From: Minisyncoccota bacterium
Lineage (GTDB): Bacteria; Patescibacteriota; Minisyncoccia; Phycocordibacterales; UBA918
Assembly: GCA_021129655.1 (NCBI GenBank)
Contig: JAJOLC010000043.1
Coordinates: 1-38,177, forward strand
Direction: 5' to 3'
Length of the DNA stretch: 38,177 nt
Below the pieces are notes generated by a model. It was given only the letters and a program-made list of their open reading frames with translations, made no database searches and was not told the origin of the DNA. A program made the translations under genes and the position numbers. Positions within the stretch are counted from its first letter, which is position 1. Each line of letters starts with the position of its first letter. Below, in pieces: positions 33,489 through 38,177 of the stretch.

Positions 33489-34757
33489 TTATTCGAACTT
33501 ATCCGGCACTGGAAAGGCCTCACAAAGCTCTGTCACCTCTGCTTTAATAGTCGCTTTTTCTGCTTCGTCGTCTTTAGCTTTCATAGTTCGAATCATGAGC
33601 TCTGCCAATTTCTCAGCCTCGTTCTCTTTCATTCCTCTGGTAGTCATGGCTGGTGTCCCAAAGCGTATTCCTGACGGATCTAGTGCAGTTCTCGGCTCGT
33701 CAGCAATCATGTTTTTATTGAGAGTAATACCAACTTCATCTAGCAGTGCTTCTGCTTCTTGTCCGGTCAAATCGAGTGACGCATGAACATCAGCCAACAG
33801 TAAGTGATTGTCTGTACCTCCACAAAGGAGTCGTATGTCATGTGCCTTAAATATTTTTTCCATCGCCTTGGCATTCTTGAGAATCTGTTCAGCGTAAGTT
33901 TTGAAGCTTGGCCTCATCGCTTCCCCAAAAGCAACTGCTTTGGCAGCCACTGCGTGCATATGAGGACCGCCCTGCATGCCAGGAAAGACGGCTTTATTGA
34001 TACGTTTTGCTATTTCCGCATCTTCTCTCACCATAATCATTCCTCCTCTAGGTCCTCGTAATGTTTTGTGGGTAGTAGTAGTCATCACATCAAATCCAAA
34101 ATCAAACGGGTTCTTGGCTACTCCAGCAGCAATCAAGCCGGCAATATGAGCTACATCAGCCACAGCATAGGCACCCACCTCTTTTGCAATATCAACAAAT
34201 TTTTGATAATCCAACTCGCGGCTGTACGAAGAAAATCCAGCAAGAATGATTTTTGGTTTTTCTTTCAAAGCCACTTCGCGCAGTTCGTCGTAATCAATTT
34301 CCCCAGTATTAACGTCCTTCATTTTGTAACGCACAAAGTTGAACACTTTGTTTATAGCAGTAGTTGGATGACCGTGAGTTAAGTGTCCGCCGTGAGACAA
34401 ATCCATTCCTAGTACAGTGTCGCCCGGATCCATCAGAGCAAAATACATAGACACATTAGCGGCTGCTCCTCCTAAAGGCTGCACGTTTACATACCCGGCA
34501 CTAAAAAGTTTCTTAGCCCGGTCAATTGCCAAAGTCTCAATCGCATCAGTGAATTCCTGGCCGCCATAATAACGACGCCCAGGATAGCCTTCAGCGTACT
34601 TGTTAGTAAGGACAGATCCATTAGCTTCACGAACAGCTCGACTCACGTAGTTCTCACTAGGAATCAGCTCTACACCAGTTCGCTCTCTCTCTTCTTCTCC
34701 TTCCAGAATTTCATATACTTCTTTGTCTTGTTGCTTGATTGATTGATATTCATTCAT
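33489..34757 (-). CDS. glyA: Serine hydroxymethyltransferase
   Basis: LIPSENY, YAEGYPGRRYYGG and the PLP-lysine motif TTTTHKTLRGPRGG are present. Confidence 0.95.
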   Translation of the reverse strand: MNEYQSIKQQDKEVYEILEGEEERERTGVELIPSENYVSRAVREANGSVLTNKYAEGYPGRRYYGGQEFTDAIETLAIDRAKKLFSAGYVNVQPLGGAAANVSMYFALMDPGDTVLGMDLSHGGHLTHGHPTTAINKVFNFVRYKMKDVNTGEIDYDELREVALKEKPKIILAGFSSYSRELDYQKFVDIAKEVGAYAVADVAHIAGLIAAGVAKNPFDFGFDVMTTTTHKTLRGPRGGMIMVREDAEIAKRINKAVFPGMQGGPHMHAVAAKAVAFGEAMRPSFKTYAEQILKNAKAMEKIFKAHDIRLLCGGTDNHLLLADVHASLDLTGQEAEALLDEVGITLNKNMIADEPRTALDPSGIRFGTPAMTTRGMKENEAEKLAELMIRTMKAKDDEAEKATIKAEVTELCEAFPVPDKFE

Positions 34758-34792
34758 GGCTGGTGTTTATTAAACAAATTTATAAATAGCCC

Positions 34793-35215
34793 TTACACTC
34801 CTGTGCTTCCAAAACCTCCTTCTCCCCGCTCAGTATCTGACAATTCATCTACCAACACCATCTCTGGCTGTTCAACCTTCTGAATTAGAATCTGAGAAAC
34901 CTTTTCTCCAATTTCAAATGACTGAGCCTTGTCTGTTGTGTTCAGTAGAGCTACTTTTATTTCTCCTCGGTAACCAGCATCAATAACACCAGCCATTGTT
35001 TTAATACCCCGCTTCACCGCTAGGCCGCTTTTGTCCCAAACTAGTCCCACGTACCCTTCTGGGATAGCCATCGCTATGCCTGTAGACACCAACACCCTTT
35101 CTCCTGGCTTCAATTCGACCGCCTCATCGGCGAATAAATCCATTCCGGCATCTGTGGTGTGTGCGAAAACTGGCACGACAGCAGTTTCTGTAAGTTTTTT
35201 TATTTGAAGTTGCAT
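34793..35215 (-). CDS. dut: dUTP diphosphatase
   Basis: AGMDL, GVIDAGYRGEI and the C-terminal RGEGGFGSTG are present. The start is taken at ATG 35215 (MQLQIKKL); the ORF-track start is a TTG two codons upstream. Confidence 0.9.
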   Translation of the reverse strand: MQLQIKKLTETAVVPVFAHTTDAGMDLFADEAVELKPGERVLVSTGIAMAIPEGYVGLVWDKSGLAVKRGIKTMAGVIDAGYRGEIKVALLNTTDKAQSFEIGEKVSQILIQKVEQPEMVLVDELSDTERGEGGFGSTGV

Positions 35216-35236
35216 GAGCAATGATTATACCAAATA

Positions 35237-35278
35237 GTAACAAGGGTCGGAAAGCTTTCGCTTTCCGACCCTTGTTAC
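35237..35278 (-). terminator. Terminator hairpin (19-bp perfect stem) immediately after the tmk stop
   Basis: GTAACAAGGGTCGGAAAGC-tttc-GCTTTCCGACCCTTGTTAC. On the minus strand it is followed by TATTTGGTATAAT, a -10-like TATAAT 8 nt before the dut ATG. Confidence 0.75.
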
Positions 35279-35944
35279 CTAATTTTTAATTACGTCTACC
35301 ACAGCCAAGTAAACATCCTGATGGATATCTTCTCGGGTACGCAGACTGCCGTCGGCAACACACAAGATTGGGCGCCAAACATTTAGTGACGCCACCAATG
35401 TTCGCGCGGACTGCTCGGTCATAGCCTGGTGGTCAGCGTCAGTTTCAGAAACATCTAAACCTTCTCTGTCTCTGTCACTACCCATCATGTCTTTTCTAGT
35501 CTCATAAGGAATCTCCAAATACAAAATTGAATCTGGGCGAGGCAACTCAAATACTCCATGCTCTATTTTATCCAACCAGACTAAAAATTCCTCTCGCTCA
35601 TCTTCATCAGTAAGCTTAGCTCCCTGATGTAGCATATTCGCACTAACATATCGATCGGCTACCACTATCTTCCCTTCATTCAACCATTGCTTAATTTGCT
35701 TTGAAGACTCAAATCTATCAGCTGCGTACAGAGTCGAAGTGATACGTGGATCAAGTTTCATAAAGTCACCACGTTTGCCATCTAGACATTCTCTAATCAA
35801 CTTTCCAAAGTGATTACTTTCGTACCGAGGAAAATCTATACTCTCCACCACATACCCTTCTGAACGCAGTCGCTCCACCAGCAATTTTGTCTGGGTCGCT
35901 TTCCCCGCTCCATCTGCTCCTTCAATAACTAAAAGTTTACTCAT
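35279..35944 (-). CDS. tmk: Thymidylate kinase
   Basis: The P-loop is LLVIEGADGAGKATQ, and the DRY-like motif is VADRYVSAN. The start is taken at MSKLLVIEG (ATG 35944) rather than the 20-codon-longer ORF. Confidence 0.85.
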   Translation of the reverse strand: MSKLLVIEGADGAGKATQTKLLVERLRSEGYVVESIDFPRYESNHFGKLIRECLDGKRGDFMKLDPRITSTLYAADRFESSKQIKQWLNEGKIVVADRYVSANMLHQGAKLTDEDEREEFLVWLDKIEHGVFELPRPDSILYLEIPYETRKDMMGSDRDREGLDVSETDADHQAMTEQSARTLVASLNVWRPILCVADGSLRTREDIHQDVYLAVVDVIKN

Positions 35945-36121
35945 TAGTATATTTTTATCACAAAGAATGTGTTCTTTAAGTCTATGTCGAGCAATCCCGG
36001 ACATTTAGCCCCTCTGCGACACAGCATAATGGGGTGGTCAATATATACAGCCATTAAAAACTGTTATCTTGGGTTTAGATTCGACTTGAATCAGTTCCTC
36101 ACAAACACAAAGGTTGATACA

Positions 36122-37489
36122 ATGAACGCAATGACAAATATTGAACAACTGAAACATCACACCACTCACTTAGACGGAGGAGGTAAAATTGTAATTCTGG
36201 ACTCGGGGGCAGTTCTGACAGCCGAAATGACTTCGATGCTTCAAGCTCTACACTCACGCTCTACTGGCGGTATCGACGCTCATCTACAAGTATTGGCTGA
36301 ACGCGGTGCTGACAAATTCATGAAAACCTACTACGTTGGCTATGGTCACAAATCTATCGGTGACTGTGGAGCCGCAGTGGTATTTATTGAAGGAGTTTCT
36401 ATGTTGGCAGCTAAAGCCATTCAAGACTCCCCTCTTTATAATGGACAAGAAGCATCAACTCGCTACATCCCTTTTGACCGGCAAGAAATCATCGACCCGG
36501 TTGGCACAGCTGCTAGTAACGCGATATTAGAAAACTGGCGACAGTTCTACTTGAACGCGGTAGAGGAAATGAAAGAAGAACTTCCAAATCGCTATCTAAT
36601 AGCCGATGGCGAAAAAGAGAGTGTTTACACCAATGCTATCCATGCTCGTGCCTTCGACATATGTCGAGGATTCTTGCCAGCTGGTACCAGCACTAATCTA
36701 GCTTGGACAACTACCCTTCGTCAATTTGCTGACCGCATCACTGTCTTGCGGCACCATCCACTAGCAGAAGTACGGGAGATCTCTGCCAAACTAGAGGACG
36801 CTATGATGGAAGTTTACGAAAACTCCTTTAGCAAAGAACGGTTTGATAAAACTGAAGCTTATCTTAGTGAAGCTGCTAAAAGCTACTACTATCACGACCC
36901 GGAGTCTCCTGAAATGGAACTAGTTCACGATGGGATAAACAAGGAGGGACTAAAGCCACACAACGGGCTTTTAAGTAACCGTCCGCCGATGACCGAACTA
37001 CCAAAATGGCTTGGTTCATACGGGGTAGCTAGCTTTGCTTGGACTTTAGATTTTGGCTCCTTTCGAGACGTTCAACGCCACCGGGCAGTTAGCCAGCGAA
37101 TGCCTCTCTTGACTGATGAAATTGGTTTTCATGAATGGTATCTAGACGAACTGACGGACTCGCTTAAAGCTAAGTCTTTAGAATTCATTGAGTCCCAACG
37201 GGTGGCGAGTGAAGGCTTGACTGATGAAGCTACAGCTAAGCAGTACTACTTGCCGATGGGTTACAAAATCAGCAACTTTCTTTCTGGAGACTTGCCAGCT
37301 TTAACCTACTTAGTAGAGTTGAGGTCTTCGAGCAAGGTTCATCCAACTCTAGCCCTTCAGGCGGAGAAGATGGCTAAGTTATTAGCAGAAAAGTATGGTG
37401 ACTTAGGTCTCAAACTTCACATCGGTGAAGTAACTGGTCGTTTTGATATCAACCGTGGCAAAGACACTATTACTCGAGTTGATGAGTAG
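36122..37489 (+). CDS. thyX: FAD-dependent thymidylate synthase ThyX family, long (apparently tandem Thy1) form
   Basis: GHKSIGDCGAAVVFIEGVS...QEASTRY parallels the ThyX core, but without RHR. An RHR signature (FRDVQRHRAVSQR) is found only at residues 319-321. Two ...LR......E.R...-type helices are present. The start is taken at MNAMTNIEQ (36122). Confidence 0.7.
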   Translation: MNAMTNIEQLKHHTTHLDGGGKIVILDSGAVLTAEMTSMLQALHSRSTGGIDAHLQVLAERGADKFMKTYYVGYGHKSIGDCGAAVVFIEGVSMLAAKAIQDSPLYNGQEASTRYIPFDRQEIIDPVGTAASNAILENWRQFYLNAVEEMKEELPNRYLIADGEKESVYTNAIHARAFDICRGFLPAGTSTNLAWTTTLRQFADRITVLRHHPLAEVREISAKLEDAMMEVYENSFSKERFDKTEAYLSEAAKSYYYHDPESPEMELVHDGINKEGLKPHNGLLSNRPPMTELPKWLGSYGVASFAWTLDFGSFRDVQRHRAVSQRMPLLTDEIGFHEWYLDELTDSLKAKSLEFIESQRVASEGLTDEATAKQYYLPMGYKISNFLSGDLPALTYLVELRSSSKVHPTLALQAEKMAKLLAEKYGDLGLKLHIGEVTGRFDINRGKDTITRVDE

Positions 37490-37500
37490 TAGTTAAACCA

Positions 37501-37531
37501 AAAGACGCATTCCTTTTAGGAATGCGTCTTT
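37501..37531 (+). terminator. Intrinsic terminator of thyX
   Basis: AAAGACGCATTCC-tttt(a)-GGAATGCGTCTTT followed by TTTT, 12 nt after the stop. Confidence 0.8.
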
Positions 37532-37790
37532 TTTGAATGAGAAAAGGAGCTGAAGACTACTATTTCGAATTTATGCAAACTCAACAATAATTTAGACCTC
37601 CTTTACAGCCCACTACAGCCTATTTCTTCCTTGGGTCGGGGTTGAGATACACTAAGCATCGTCGCATTTAAACTTTGTGGCAACACCGAGTTTTAAGCAG
37701 CCCGCTGCCACTATATTCTCCCTTGGCGGGTCGAATCTAGTGAAGCGTCTGCATATTTTCGCAATAGTCGCAGCTTCACTACTCCTTTGC

Positions 37791-38177
37791 TCAAACAAAG
37801 TGCTTACTTAGTTTTGGTCCTGACTGCACCAAGTAGTTTGACTGCTTCGTATCATAGTGAAAATCTGGAGTTTCAATCATTTTTTCAAACCGAATCTTAG
37901 CGATTGGTTGTCCCGAACGAACCACCAAGTCTTCAAAGGGGCGGACCTCCAACGTAAATGGTCTACCTTCTCCTTCCCCTTCTGCACCACATCCCCAGCC
38001 CGGGTCCAAGAATCCTGCATAGTGCGAACGGAAGTCTCCGCTTCGCTCGTCCATCGGCACCATCTCTGAAGCTAAGTCAGCTGGTATTCGTACTCGCTCT
38101 GCAGCAGATAGAATATAGAACTTGTCTCGCTCTAGCCTTAAAGCTCCGTCTTCAATACAAATTTTCTTAAAGAATTC
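37791..38177 (-). CDS. dcd: dCTP deaminase family protein (long DCD-type), 5'-truncated by the window edge
   Basis: The frame stays open to base 38177 (EFFKKICIEDGALRLERDKFYILSAAERVRIPADLASEMVPMDERSGDFRSHYAGFLDPGWG...). The HYAGF.DPG.G motif and the C-terminus are typical of dCTP deaminase-like proteins. Confidence 0.7.
   Translation of the reverse strand, partial: EFFKKICIEDGALRLERDKFYILSAAERVRIPADLASEMVPMDERSGDFRSHYAGFLDPGWGCGAEGEGEGRPFTLEVRPFEDLVVRSGQPIAKIRFEKMIETPDFHYDTKQSNYLVQSGPKLSKHFV

Overview
Gene-dense, moderately AT-rich bacterial window, mostly transcribed on the minus strand and dominated by housekeeping genes. These are rplJ, ftsK, recA, an ECF-type sigma factor, efp, rpsF-ssb-rpsR, a tight ileS-recO-(membrane protein)-glyQS-metG-tatD operon, and a thymidylate cluster (glyA-dut-tmk / thyX / dcd). 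The reduced-genome gene content, large secreted or anchored proteins and many long perfect hairpin terminators are compatible with a Patescibacteria/CPR-like organism. That is inference only and cannot be verified here. I found no rRNA, tRNA or CRISPR array, and no recognisable multi-gene defence system. The standard genetic code fits, since TGA is used as a stop at 13829-13831. The most unusual item is ileS: a complete histidine-phosphatase (PGM/PhoE-like) domain with all catalytic motifs intact is inserted in-frame into a linker of the synthetase. Other observations worth a second look:
- An IS200/RAYT-like HUH tyrosine transposase is bracketed by three copies of a 21-23 nt REP-like hairpin, one of them in-frame inside its own CDS.
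- A kinase-fold gene is broken by two frameshifts, one in an A8/T8 homopolymer.
- A secreted LCAT-like lipase is translationally coupled to a small membrane protein.
- A very acidic, codon-biased PG-binding surface protein follows a ~800 nt non-coding leader containing two perfect palindromes that share an 8-mer half-site.
- A ~610 nt non-coding gap upstream of ileS holds an orphan bidirectional terminator.
- ThyX is a long, apparently tandem form.
- EF-P has Arg at the tip of the modification loop.
All protein calls rest on motif recognition by eye. No database search was possible.
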